Shown here: in pieces, positions 51,500 through 63,800 of the stretch
How positions within the stretch are numbered: the stretch's first letter is position 1
How the letters are laid out: each line of letters opens with the position of its first letter
Source of the DNA: Raillietiella orientalis
Lineage: Eukaryota
DNA: 64,000 nucleotides
Reading direction: 5' to 3'
Assembly (NCBI GenBank): GCA_036172245.1
Contig: JAYWIR010000010.1
Location: 4,836,001-4,900,000 of the forward strand
Program-made: the position numbers and the translations under genes
The notes under the pieces: generated by a model
Databases searched by the model: none
What the model saw: the letters and a program-made list of their open reading frames with translations, nothing else
Told to the model about the DNA's origin: nothing

Positions 51500-53400
51500 G
51501 TCACGCAGGCAGGCGAAGGGAAGGGGGTCTCCGTCATGTTCGGCGCCTGCCTCTCCTCTTCATTTGGCTCCTGCGATTTTCGAACGCCTTCCCTATCGAC
51601 CAGATGGTGACCCCGGCCGACTTTTCCAGAGATTATCTCCGGGGGAATTTTTCGTTAAACTCATGAGGAACACACATAGCACCTCCCGGCCAAGGGGAAG
51701 GCCACATCTCTCAAATGCTACGTCCGCCTGACGTAGTCGGACTGCTTCATAGGACATCTTAAGCTCCCCGTGATGCCGCCATGACGCGGGTCTCGAGACT
51801 CGAGGGATCCAGGAAACTGTGCCCTTAAGGCAGTTCTTTGCAGGCGAATAGCGGGGAGCCCGTCTTCGACAGCTGCCCTCTTCCACTTTGGCCCTACCGT
51901 TGCCGCGTGCTCATCGGGCAGACGTCCAGTACGACCGACCTCGCCGGAGCTCTGGGTACGGCTTCAGCCTTGAATCCGTTCCTGGAGCAGTTGCTACCCG
52001 CTGGCGGCCACCGACTCCCGATGCCCTAGGGCACCCCTCTCGATCCGGGCCGCCAACTCCTCGCGCCCCTCTGTAACCACCGTCTGGTTGTTGAGACATC
52101 CGTGCGGCCTGGCACTGTTCCGCCGAACCTCCTAAAGAGATCTTGGGTCGCACCCCGTGAGTGAACCCGGAATCTGCAAGCGGAAGGTTCTGGCCACTGA
52201 AATGAAGATGCCTTGGAGTCCTATAAGGGATGCCCGTGCCTCCTCACGTTGAATCTTGTGTAGGCTGAAGGCGATTTTCTTTTCCACCTATGCTCTTCGT
52301 ATGTTCTATCCCGAATGCCTATTTGACCTTCTTTCGGACGAAAGGCTTCCCACCGTCCAGATGCGACAGATGTCGCTATCGGGTTTGCCCCGCCTTCTGG
52401 AGACAGCTCCGGGAGCGCGAAATCTCCCAAAGCTCCATCCACTGGCAACTCCCGCGATCGTCCCTTAATTCAACGACAGTCCTTGCGTGAAGAGCGAGCT
52501 CTGGTAAACTGCTGAAGAGCGACTTCGATGGCGGTAAGGAGACACCGAGCAGGTCTTGAGTGATCCCCCGGGGCATGGAGAAAAAGGATCCTTAACGGAG
52601 AAATCTTACGGACGATGGCCACATTCATCCTTCCAGAAGCCGCATGATCTTTGCGTGTGAAGATCACCGGCGCATTTTTTGTGTGGAATCCAACGGATTC
52701 TCTTCGGATTCCGCAACGTCGTCCTGCAACGTTTCATCCTCAGGTGAGTCACCTTCGATACAATGGATCCCATCTCATCCAAACTCGAGAATTTTCGCGA
52801 TTTCGGGACGGCGACGGCCCTGTTGGCACGAAACCCGGATAACTGAGGAGACAATACTCAGCCGCCCCTCCTTCTCCAGAATTTAACCAGTTCCTTAAAA
52901 AGGCTCGTTACCACGAGATATGCCAACAAAGAAACTTGAGGTCATCCAGTCATAAAATCTGGAGTCGATTACGTCTGCAACTGTCAAAGGAGAAAAGGGT
53001 GGAAAAGACGTGTCGTATGCTTTCCAGACATCACAAAAGTCACGGTTTCAGAATGTGACTCAGGTAGAATTCGAGGACATCATTTTTTTAGCATCACCGC
53101 AGGTTATCTCTTTCTTTTTTGCGTTTGTACTGCTTTTGTTGCACCCTACTGCTTTCCATAAGGAAAACTGAAAATCATACTTAGGCAGCTGGTTGACCAA
53201 ACACCAATGAATGCCTCCGCTCCCGCACCCGAAGCACAGAAGCCTCCAACCTCTGAGGATCAAACCTGGGAGAAGTCTCATCCCAAATTGTCCGAAAACC
53301 CGAACAGAATTCGACCGGGAAGGATCAGAACACTCCAGGATATTCAACCTCAGGACACCGCCTTGGACTTGCTGCGGCGCTTCTTCACCGGAGGCGGGCT
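51500..53400 (+). pseudogene. lef-9: lef-9-like viral RNA polymerase beta'-type subunit, frameshifted
   Basis: In LEF-9 order: FPIDQMVTPADF (~51589-51625), IFFSTYALRMFYPEC (52274-52318, cf. YLYSTFLNTASFYANVQC), REREISQSS (~52410-52436, cf. RHPNISQLS), KSDFDGGKET (52515-52544, cf. catalytic DxDGDK), EDHRRIFCVESN (~52659-52694, cf. GDPRYNFICFDKN), VIKSG (~52949-52963). Confidence 0.72.
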
Positions 53401-54035
53401 GAAGAAGGCCTCAGTAACGGCGTGATGCTGCACCCGCGCCGTGGCGACAGCCCTGCCGTGTGTGCTGGAGTCACGTTCGCGGCGAAAGGAGGCGCCATCA
53501 GCAAGGCAGAAGCCCTCGTGACGGCAGCGGCAAGACGGCCTCATCTGCCAGAAAAAGTCGACAGAGGGATCACCACCGTCCAGAGCCACTTCTAGAAGGA
53601 AAGAAACGTCTTTAACCAAAGAACCCTCTTCCCACCCTCCGTCTTTTTTTTTATTTCTTGCTCTCTCCCTCCTTTCCCTACTTTTTTGGAAGCCGGTCTG
53701 CGTGGCGGTGATTGTACCAGATGAACTTCCTTTTAGGGGTAGACATTTCTCGTTTTTTCTGGAGTGCTCTGCTTTCCCTTCTCCCTCCTCTTCCCTGTGG
53801 TTTGTTTTGTTTTCCTCGGAAGAAATGCCCCTGCGTGGCCTGGGCTCAAGAGCCAGGATATCCATAGCGTTGGATGTCTCCGATGCCTGCGGCGACAGCC
53901 GATTGCACGCTCGGATCTATCCACAGCAGCGCGTTCTTGAGGATCGCTGGAGAACCGCTCACCTCCCTAGAGAGAGAAGGGGGACCCCCGAAGCTATGGA
54001 ACTCTGTCCGCGCCATCCGAGAGCACATGCGTAAC

Positions 54036-55367
54036 TCTTCAAGTTGGGAGGGGGAGTGACCTTAGAGGGACCACCCTATGAATCCAGGAAGGGTTCCGGA
54101 GGAAGCGGTCCGTTCCTCTCTCGTGCTTGGAGGAGGAACCCCCAAGAGAAGCCTCTTTCTTATTTTTTTTTCCAAAGGGACCCCCTGAAGGGAGCCACTC
54201 CTCGTTTTTTTCTCTCTCTCTGGGGGGAACCCGGAGAAAGGATCCGCGCTCCTGGAATTTCCTGTCCGGAGGGCGCTCGTGAGGGAGCCGCTCCCTATTT
54301 CTTCTTCCTCCGAAGAGAACCCCGAAGCGACTCTTCCCAATTTCTCTGAGGGGCGCTCCTCGAAGGAGGCAGCGCGCTTCTTGACACTCTGGAGAGGTAT
54401 CGATCCATCCACCAGCTTCATGGTACGAGATGGAGGGTCCCCTTCTCCGAGGAAGGAGAGGGAGGGGAGACGGCTCCATTTGCACAGTCGGAGGGGAACC
54501 TCGAAGAGCTCCTTGATTCCAGGGAAGACCCCGGAGGGTGTCGACTTTCAGCCACGGCCAGTCGACGGGGTCATCCGGCTTCCACCTGCGCCTCACCCGA
54601 AACCTGGAGACCAGCCAGCGCCATCCACGACGCACCCATTTCTCGGAGTCGATCCTCCACATGCGCAGCTCTTCCTTCGCAAAAGCTACTCGAGGTTTTC
54701 CCTCTCTCGCCCTGAGCTGCGAGCACCCCCCACAGACGGGGAGATTTGTGCAGACAAAGCAACCCTTCGCCTGCAAGCGATACACCAGATACAGTAGACT
54801 CCCGTATAACGCGGGGATTACGTTCCGCATCATAGGAAACCGCGTGATACGGGACATGCACGGTCAGATGAATTTATGCAAGCTTAAACGTGTCTCTGAG
54901 TTCCAGTACTAATGCCATATTGCGGATGAGATGTGGGTCAGCTTCAAATATGGTTGCATTGAGTACAGATTCTTAATTAATTAATTGAATCCAAACTGGA
55001 TAAAAAATATTTCCCCCTTATATCTTTAAATGTGCTTTTTATGTTTTAGAAACATCTTTCATAACTCTTAGCTTCCCTGTGTATATATAAACAACTGTTT
55101 AGTGTACACATATTGCGTTTCTAAACAAAAAGTCGAAAGGTGTGTCGAGATGTTAAATTTGTCGTACGCGTTATACGGGACTGTTTATCGCGTTGTATGA
55201 GTACTAGTCGCAATTTTTTCGTCACAGAAATTCGCTTTATAGGGGAGCGCGTTATACAGGACTGTACTTACGTTACCGGGAACAAGTCAGCAGAGCTGTG
55301 GATCAGTAAGCACTTACCCCTTCCTGCAAGCGCACCGGGAGAACTGGTGGTGCTGCTCACTTGCTGA
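54036..55367 (+). pseudogene. Unknown gene family copy B, interrupted by a MITE
   Basis: Homologous to 6020-6640(-) and 60670-60812(-). The frame KRYTRY|VTGNKSAELW is restored when the MITE is removed. Confidence 0.55.
54792..55268. mobile_element. Non-autonomous Tc1/mariner-superfamily (pogo/Tigger-like) MITE, ~477 bp
   Basis: Left TIR cagtagactcccgtataacgcg follows TA (54790-91). Right TIR cgcgttatacaggactgtact precedes TA (55269-70). Internal copies of cgcgt(t/g)atacggga lie at 54841 and 55167, and the interior is AT-rich. Confidence 0.85.
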
Positions 55368-56081
55368 AATCAGCGATCGAGTGAGTGCACGGAGGGGAAG
55401 GAGGGGGGGGGAGAGGTGAGCACTTGAACTTGACCGACGGAAAGCTGCTGCTTTCAGACGGTTCAAAGTTTAATGGGCTCTTGAGATGGAGAACGAACGG
55501 ACCATCGGACGAAGCAGCTGATTTACAAGGAGTGAAGATGCTCAGGAAAAACCGAGTTTCATTCTAAAGACGATGGCATTCAGCCGGAGGCTCCCTAAGG
55601 ATGTTCAACAGTCCTCTTGATGCACGCATCCTCGAGTTGCGTGTACCATCATGCATCCTCGCAGAGTTCTCCCGAGTATATTTGTGCATGAAGAAGGAGG
55701 AGCCGAGGGGCGCAAACGTTCGAATGCACTTGATTTTAATCATCTCGAGAGTCACGAGTGATAGTGTCCTTCTTCTTCCCAAGCATCTCTGCACCGTCTG
55801 CGAAGCGCAGCACCACTGCTACTTTTCGAGTAGTCTGGTTCCTTCTCGTGTTTGGTGAAGTTGCCTGCGGGATCACCGGACGATCGAATCCGCTTCCGCG
55901 GGAACCGCACAGACCGTTGCGATGAGTGGAGCTCCACTCCCGAGCTCAGCCCAAGTGCCTGCTCCCGCAGAGCCACAAATCGCTGTGCGCGTTGCCTTGA
56001 CGGCCATCAGGTCAAGGCAATGCGGGCATACTGTCTCCAGGAGATATTCCTCTTCCTACCCCCAAACCTCAGTAGCCCGAG

Positions 56082-56590
56082 GTGACAGCTGCGTGCCAGG
56101 ACGGACGAGGTGCCAGCGGTGCCTCCTCCGTCCTGGTGTCGACCCGCACCAGTCAGCTAGGGGACCAGTCCTCGACCCGAGAGCCGCCGGCGTCGACCAC
56201 GGCGTGGGGGGATGACGGGCAGGAGGACGAGGACGAGGACGCGGCAGTCCCGGAGCTCGTCCTGGATCGCATCCTCTTTCCCCCGTTCCTGCGTGCGTGC
56301 GTCCCCAAGGACGAGGGGACACGGGAGTGGGACCTGGCCGCTTCCGCCTTCCAGAACCCATACTATGCGCCCTTCGAGGTCCTGAGGGGCGCCGACGCGA
56401 GGCAGTGCTGGATGGTCAAGTGGATGTAGACGGCGCGAGTGTGCTGGGAAACGGACGGCCCGTCAACCTCCTGGTCGCCGCCGACGTCCTGACCGACGCG
56501 TTGGCCGCGTACAGTCAGAGCAGCGGCGAAGCGCAGATGTCTGTCCTGAAGCTGCACGCGCTGGCCACGTACGCGGCGGACAGATACTGA
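56082..56590 (+). pseudogene. Unknown high-GC3 gene fragment with one apparent frameshift
   Basis: EDEDEDAAVPELVLDRILFPPFLRAC..FQNPYYAPFEVLRG..WMVK continues in another frame as DVDGASVLGNGRPVNLLVAADVLTDALAAY. Third codon positions are visibly G/C-rich. Confidence 0.55.
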
Positions 56591-58417
56591 ACGACGGCAA
56601 TTCATCGTTCGTGCCGGCCTCCGAGAAGCTCCGGAGGTTCGTCAGCCTCACTGAGTATGCATCTCCGAGCTGGAGATGTGCGAGCGCCTGGACCGGTTCG
56701 TCCTGGACGAGGAGAAGGATGGCCATCGTTCCTGGCTATGATGCTCGTGGTGTCTGGCCCGGAGATGGAATGAGAGGAGAAGATCGGCCCCTGGACGGGT
56801 CGGTTCGGCGGCAACCTCATCAACGACTACAACAAGAGCCAGCCTCCACAACCCGCGCAAAAAGAACGAGTCGTGCGGGACGCGATCTCGGTGTATGATC
56901 CGAGTACGAGAGGCTGCTTTCCCTGTAAACCGCATGTGGAAAAGAACGCCGTCTATTTTCCTCCTCGAAACCACGGAAACCACCTGGAGTTCCTCCACGT
57001 TCACCCCCGGAATTAAGAGGTAATGAAGGTGTGAGAAGGAGGATCAAGAACCTCTCCTGGAGAAACGAAATCGGCATCACATCAACCAGAAAGGTGCACT
57101 CGTTTCGATGGCGCCCTCAGTCCATCAGAAGGCAGAAATTCCAAATTTTCAAAAAGATCAGAGGATCTCTTCCTTCCCAATCTTCTTTCAATAGCCATTT
57201 GCCGTAAGGATTCAGCAGCTGATTGAAATCTGGAGGAGTTCACGAAGGAAGATGGTAATCGCATCCAAAGGATGGTGGCCCGACAAGCATGGAGCATGCA
57301 GAAATGAGCAAAATGGATACACTTCAGGAGCTGAATCCGTCAGATGTGTCCATGCTAAGAACACAGCCTATTCTCTTTCGTCCTCATCTCCTGAGATCAG
57401 GGGTGTTACCCACTTCTGGACTGAGGATTCCACCTGGGCCTCCACCAGGAAGACCTCTCGTGCTTACCTCTGAAATCACAAATTCTATGGCAACAAGAAC
57501 ATTCGTCTTCCTCTTGATCCTCTCTCAGGAGTGCCTCCCTTGCGGATGGTTCGAGCTCTATAGTACAGTGGCAATGCTCTTCCTGCAGCTCTTCAGCAGG
57601 TTCAGAGGTCGAGGGAGGGACCTGAGAAGGTGCATTCTGGAGCCACGATCGGGGCCAAACCCCATCTAAGTAATCTGAGTGCCGATATCACTGAGCTTGT
57701 CCGTCGCATCGCAGCCCCTGTTCACCGGATGGCATCCTAAAGAAGCCAACGTTCCAGCACGCATCCCTGGAACTCATCCTCGCGGTGAACGCTGCGTTGC
57801 AAGAAACACGTTTCTTCTCGTCTGCTTCGACTTGGATGCACTTTGTTCAGCTGAAAACTAGGAACCAATAGGCAGCTACGATTCCACGCAGCAAGCGCAT
57901 CTGCGTTTCGCGAAAGACAAACAGCAGCGATCAAAAAAAACTGGCAGCGCGCGCGCGCGTTCATACCCTCTTCAGTGACGAGACCTTGGTTGCCTTGTGT
58001 TTCAAAGGCAGTGCGTAATGATGCACGTAGCGTGGGGAGGCGGAAAAAAGGTCTTTTGTCCTGGGAAAGCGCGCGAAAGATGCCGAGGATTTGGTCACAC
58101 TGCGTGCGACTCGGTGACACGAACCTTAGCAACTGATCGAAGAAATTCCTGAGAACGGTTCCTACTGCCCTAGCTGGCAGCCCCTAAGGCTGCTCCACGT
58201 ACTAAGGTTGCGTAGAGAACGAAGTGGTTGTCGAGGAAATATTGAGCACTTCCGTGGACATTCCATGGAAAGCAGCGTTCGGAAAGAAACCGGAAGCCTG
58301 AACTTTATCTGGGGCCATTCACTGATTCTTCGACGTGAGTCAGGAGCCATAACATCCGCTGTTGACGGCATCTTAGCGCGGGTCCGCTGCTAACGTCTCT
58401 GTCGACACGATTTTTGA

Positions 58418-58442
58418 TCTCTCTCTCTCTCTCTCTCTCTCT
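58418..58442. repeat. (TC)n microsatellite
   Basis: Uninterrupted TC run. Similar runs occur at 16837-16854, with (CA)n near 27271-27289. Confidence 0.95.
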
Positions 58443-59958
58443 GAAGACTGGAAAATAGCTCGAAATTCTTCCGCAAGTCCCCGACCCGGGAGAGCGGGGG
58501 GAGAGGAGAGGCAGAAAGAAGGAAACGGAGAAAAGAGCAGCAGTGAAACACGGCCCCTTTCAGAAGAGATGGCAAGAAGCAAGCGCACGCCACTGCATGA
58601 ATCAGCGCGTGATGAGGCATTGAAGTTTGTGACTCATGTGAAGTGTCACACCATTTCCAGATGACTGGATCATCAAGCCTGACAATGCATTTGTTTGCAA
58701 GAATCGATTCCAATGCCTATAGAGGGTTTTAATCATCGCTCTCATCTATCTGTCCAGTTGATTTCAGCAGAATTCCACATAGGACGAACACGCAGCACCC
58801 CAGGATCCCATCCAGATGAGAATCACCTCCACCATCACGATCATGGTCATCAGTGCCTCTGTAATAGCCTCGATTCTCATCATCAGCGTCGTCCACCACC
58901 ACCACCATCATCCTCACAGTCAATGGGCATCGGCATCACAGAAACCTCCATAAAGATTCCTGGACAGAAACTTGGGGCTGTTTCGTATCATGAAATCAGG
59001 CACTTCCGGGTCAAACCCTGGCGGCAAAAAAAAAGAGCTTGAGGCAAAAAGCGGTACTCAGAGAAATGAACTTTTCTATACGAGGCATCTGTGGGGAGCG
59101 GGACGCGGTGGGGTGCAAGGCTTTGGCCACGGCGAACGATCCGTCGTGGAACGAGCTTTTGAGTCTCTTCGGCTCCTACTGCATCATGCCTTTGTACCTG
59201 GGCCCCTTCAAAGAGTGTTCCTGCATTCTTTCTCTTCTCCGGGACATTCGATTTCGGGTTTTCATGAGCTCAAGTCTTGCTATGTCCCCGCGCTGAAGAA
59301 TCACCACCAAAATAATGAAACCTACATAGGCGTTGGGACTCATTAATTTTGATGATGGTTGTGCTGTTGTTAGTGACAACGAGAGTGAGGAAATGCAACG
59401 GTGGCCGATGTCTCAATGATATCTCAGCCTCATTTCTGCATTTTCCAGCCTCATTTCTTTTGTTTCAATATGAGCCTTCTCCTCGCCTTGTAAGACGCTG
59501 TTTAGAAGGTTCCAGCATAAGAAAGGCACACTCGAAACGCAAGACCCAGATCCGATGAAGCAAAGGGGGAAGACAGGGACTGGAGAACCTCCACAGATGC
59601 GCCGTTCAGAAGTGCTGCTTCGCTATTTTTCTAGAGAAGAGGACGACGGTCAGGAAGTATACGCTCGTTGGACGCGTAAACCAGAACGGCAGCAACTGAG
59701 GCAACTGAAGGTACGGGACGCCGCATTGAAGGAGCAGCATCGCTTCGCTTTTTCAAGTGGACATTTGGGTTTGAGCCACACTTCTGGGGTCTATATCAGG
59801 AGATGATCACTGAGGGCAATGGAAGCAGCTGCTCGGGACTTTAATAGCTGCCGGACCCTAGAAAGTGGTTGAGGGAGGAAAAAAAAACAGAGCCATTAAG
59901 GGAAACAGCATCAGCAGGCTCTTTGAGAAACTTCTGGAATCCGTCCGATAGCCTCGGT

Positions 59959-60929
59959 TCACCATCTTTGAAAGTCTGAAGCCCCAGGAGGAAGGGTCTT
60001 CTTTTCACGTGTGGACAGGGTGGAAAACATCAAGTCGTGCAGCAGCGGGCAGCTGAACGGCAAATCGTTGAAGGCGCGGAAAGGCCAGGCAGCAACCGCC
60101 GATGCAGAAAATGAAGATTCGTGCCCAGGAGATAACCAAGACACACATGAGTTGTGATCGGCTGATGGAGGAACCGGTTGAAATGGATAGCCACCAACGC
60201 AGCAGAAAAGATTCCGGAAGACGTTGGAATTTCTAGATGCCAGAGATGCGCGTTTCGGAAGGCGAAGCTGCGCGATTGGAGCGTTCGGACGAATTCGAGC
60301 GGCTTCCGTGCGTCCTCGGAGCACGGGTTCACGAAATGCCGGCGCATCGGATGCTCCTGGGGTGAAATCTCGGTAAAGCAGCTTCTCCTCTTTCTTGGTC
60401 TTTTTCGTCGCTTGGTCCTGGCCGATCGTTTCTGTTTTCAGGAGCTGGTACGTGGGAACTGCCAATCTGGCTCTATTCGCCGCCAATTGAGATCGGTCCC
60501 CTCCCCAAAGAGGGCGGAAGGTCCAGACCAGGTTCGAGGTCGCCAAATAGCGCTCTCGCTCATCTCCTTTCTGCCTCTTTGCTGTTCTCCAGTAGCTCAG
60601 CCCGCTCCGTGCCTGCGTTGGCGGCCGTATCCGAGCGCGGCGCCATGCGGCGCGGGTTCGAACCCCACCACCCCAAGGAAAGGATCGATACCTTGAAGTG
60701 GGGTGTGGGTTTCCGATTCTCTTAGGAGTTCCCCACCGGTTGCACAAATGAAGCCGTCCGTCGAGCACCATGGAGCCGGTGGATTGGGACCTCTCCAGAG
60801 CGTCAATAGGCGGAGTACCAGCGGGAACAGCACGGCGACGTACCTATGTACGTCCACAGCTGCACGTGCTCGTCGCCTTGGAAACGCACGCGCTCCCTGT
60901 TCCGCGCGGGCGGTATGCCGCCGCCACAC
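59959..60929 (-). pseudogene. Unknown gene family copy C (probably extends toward ~57100)
   Basis: RLLTLWRG..DGFICATGGE..QGIDPFLG matches copy B (RFLTLWRG..DGSICTVGGE..EGVDF). Overlapping ORFs 60597-60929, 59959-60771 and 60030-60347. Confidence 0.55.
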
Positions 60930-61099
60930 CGCACGCGCGTGCGCTCAGAGCGCGAGGCACGCTTGGATCCTGGATCAACTAAAGACGAACGAAACGGAAT
61001 GCGGGGTCCGCAGCGCAGATGCAGGAACGGGAAACGCGAAGGAAGAGAACGAACGGTCCGCGGCGCGCGCGCCGGCACGGGAGCCGTCGCTTTGATTTC

Positions 61100-63800
61100 G
61101 TCTCCCACGGTCGCGCCAGACGAGCTCCAGGTGAGCGAGGGAGGAGGAGAAACTTCCGAACCGAAGTGCGTGCAGGTCAGCCCCCATAGGCTGCCAGCCC
61201 CGAGCCCTGGGAGCGTCGGCGCGGCGCAGCTCCTCGCAGGCGCGGCCCACCCGCTGCAAGGAACATCCATCTGAGACCCCGACGCAGGAGCGACGGGAGC
61301 GAACGGCTCCGTCACGCTAGCGGGGGAAGGGACGTGCGTGAGGGCAGCGGGTCGGGATGCTGGATCAGATGCACCTCGGCATCCTCCCTCGCCAGCGATC
61401 CGGAACGACGCCGACCCCTCCGCACCCGGACTTTTCCGGGGACGAGTTGAAGCAGCCCCCTTCGGGAATGCGGCAGCCGCGTTCGGCACGGCACGGAAGC
61501 AAAAGGGCAAGCGACGAACGCCGCGGGACAGCTCTCATCGCGCAGGGGCTCTCACAGAACGCCTGCGCGGAGTCCACAGGGGCCGGCAGCCGTCCGAACT
61601 CTCGAGGCGGAGGTTTTGCCGACGCAGGAGTAGGAGGGGTCCCCCCTGCTACGGAGTCAGGCATTCCCAGCACGACCCCTAAGGCTGCTCCACGGAGGAA
61701 TGAACAGCCCTCCTGACTGGCTTGGCCGCTCCCGATGTCCCGGGAGACCCACGAGTCTCGCGCCGGAACAGGAATCAAGGCATGGACTGCTGGGATCCCT
61801 GAAGCGAGAAGAGCTCTGCGGCTCGCTCTGCGTGGGAAGGGGTCTCGTCCCCTCCTCACGCCTCCTTGCAGGACAGCTCCCTCAAAACCACGGTGCAACA
61901 CGGACATCCCCCGCTCTGGGCGCGTCGCCTCGGACGCCACCCCAATGCGTGTACGCAACCAGCGTAGTAGTGCTGAAGAAGGTAGTGGCTGAAGAAGAGC
62001 TGGCGAGGCGGCTCCATGGCCCTGGACCAGGTGCTCAGGTGTGGGAAAGGGGTTGGGGAGTTGTGTAGCTCCAGGCGCCGGCGCCGAACTGGAAGAAGTG
62101 CAGCCGACCTCCCGGCCCACGGCGCGAAAGTCGCCTCCAGGAGCCTCGAGCGCCGACCACGCCATCTCAAGGGGCCACGCGTGGCGGCAGAAGCAGAGGA
62201 GATGCACCGCCGTGCGCACCCCAAGGAAGGCAATCCCCGCACCATCGTTTCGCTGACGCGGCTTCCCCAGGAGGAAACGCAGCCTCACTCACTCGTTACC
62301 CGAGACCCCTCGTGGGCACCGCGTAGGTGGTCACCAGCAAGTGACTCACGGAAACCAGTCCCCTTTTTCTCCTACTACTTTCCCCCTCTTCCTCTCTATT
62401 CTCCCTCCCTCCTCTGCTTAATTCTTCCTTCCTTTCCTCCTCCTCCGCCTTCCTTTCCTTCTCCCTTCCTTCTTCCTTTCTCCTCTTCCTTGTGCCTTTA
62501 TTTCCTCGCGCGGTCAACTGAGGGAGGCCGGTCACCGCCCAGGGACGGCGAGGGCGCTCCCTGCAGACGCGTTTTGTGGGTCAAGTAGGGAGCACAGGAG
62601 GAAAGGGCAGGGGACTTCTCCAACATCAGCCCTTTCCCAGCCCCAAGTGGGAGCGCACGACTCGCGCCCAACGCCGGTCCGGGCGCTCGCTCGACCGCGG
62701 GGCGGTGCTACCTCCCAGCGTTCGACGGATCGTCACCACACGCGGAAGGCGTGCGTCCTCCTATTCCCCCACAAGACACAGCATCCGCTCGCACGTGAGG
62801 TCCCTTCCGGGAGCGTGACTCCCTCGCAGGCTTCCGCCACACGCAAGGGTCCGCGTCCGCCGCTGCCGACCGTCTGCCCCTCCTCCTCCCTCCTCCTTAG
62901 GATGCTCGCTGAGCACCCCCGCTTACGCTAAGAGTCCCCCCTCTTCGGCAAACTGCTTTGCCGCAGCTTCTGAATCTACGGCACGGGGTCCAGGCCCCCG
63001 GTTTGCTCTCGGGAAGGAAAATCAGACCACAGGGGTGGGTCACTCAGCGACGATCAGCTTCTCCCCTCCCTCCTCCCTTCCTTTCAGGAGACGGGTCGCA
63101 GCAGAACCGCGACGAAATCTGGGTGGACCAGCACCCCAAGGAAGATACGGCGCATGCGGCGGCCGACCCTCCTCAACCAAGCGGGGGTCAGATAGAAGGA
63201 CCTGCCGGGGAGCGCTTGCGCGCGCCTCCAGGGTAGAAATTCTCGGTATCCGGGGCAACGGAAAGAACTCGTTCCTCCACACCCGTGACGGATAGGAAGG
63301 GCCCGCTCGAATGGGCTTCCCGGGTCCCGATCCGGGCATCTGAAACAATGCAGAGGTCCAGACAGAGCTTCTTTTCTGGTGGTCGTCTCTGACACCCCTT
63401 TTCCTAGGTCCGCCCACGCAGGGGGCCGTAGCGGTTGGGGTTGGGGTGGAGCAAGGTATGATGAGGTGAGTTAGAATTCCCGAACCCTCCCTTTCTCTCC
63501 CGAGGTACGTGCCGCTGGTCAGCCTGCCGAGCGCAGGCGCGAAGACAGCCTGCCAGCAGAGCGAGGGTGCAGGCGCAAGTGGACCATAATAGTGGCAGTA
63601 GCCGCTCCTTTCACAAAGGGTGGAGCTAGGGGGATTCCAGAGCAGTAACCAAGGCGATGGTCGGTAGAGAGCGTCGGAATGAGGGCGCAGAGGGGAGTCT
63701 CTCACCCGCCCTCGTTCGGAACACATGAGCCGTGCCGAGGCAAGCACTGCCAGAGCGACCCCTCGGGTCGACCCACAGCTGTGCATAAACCCCTGGGACC
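61100..63800 (-). other. GC-rich degenerate coding-like region with possible Cys/His finger remnants
   Basis: Long minus ORFs 63040-63786 and 61365-62288, with fragments LHCFRC, FPTPEHLVQGH and GCPCC. A CT-rich tract lies at 62360-62500. No RT or other diagnostic motif was seen. Confidence 0.25.

Noticed and set aside
60592..60668. tRNA/SINE-like boxes (tagctcag ... gggttcgaacccc)
   Set aside because: I could not fold a cloverleaf, and the segment lies inside the protein-like minus-strand frame of family copy C (GVVGFEPAPHG).
61100..63800. R2/NeSL-like or DIRS retrotransposon 5' end
   Set aside because: Only vague finger-like fragments are present. No RT, endonuclease or recombinase motif, poly-A tail or terminal repeats were seen.
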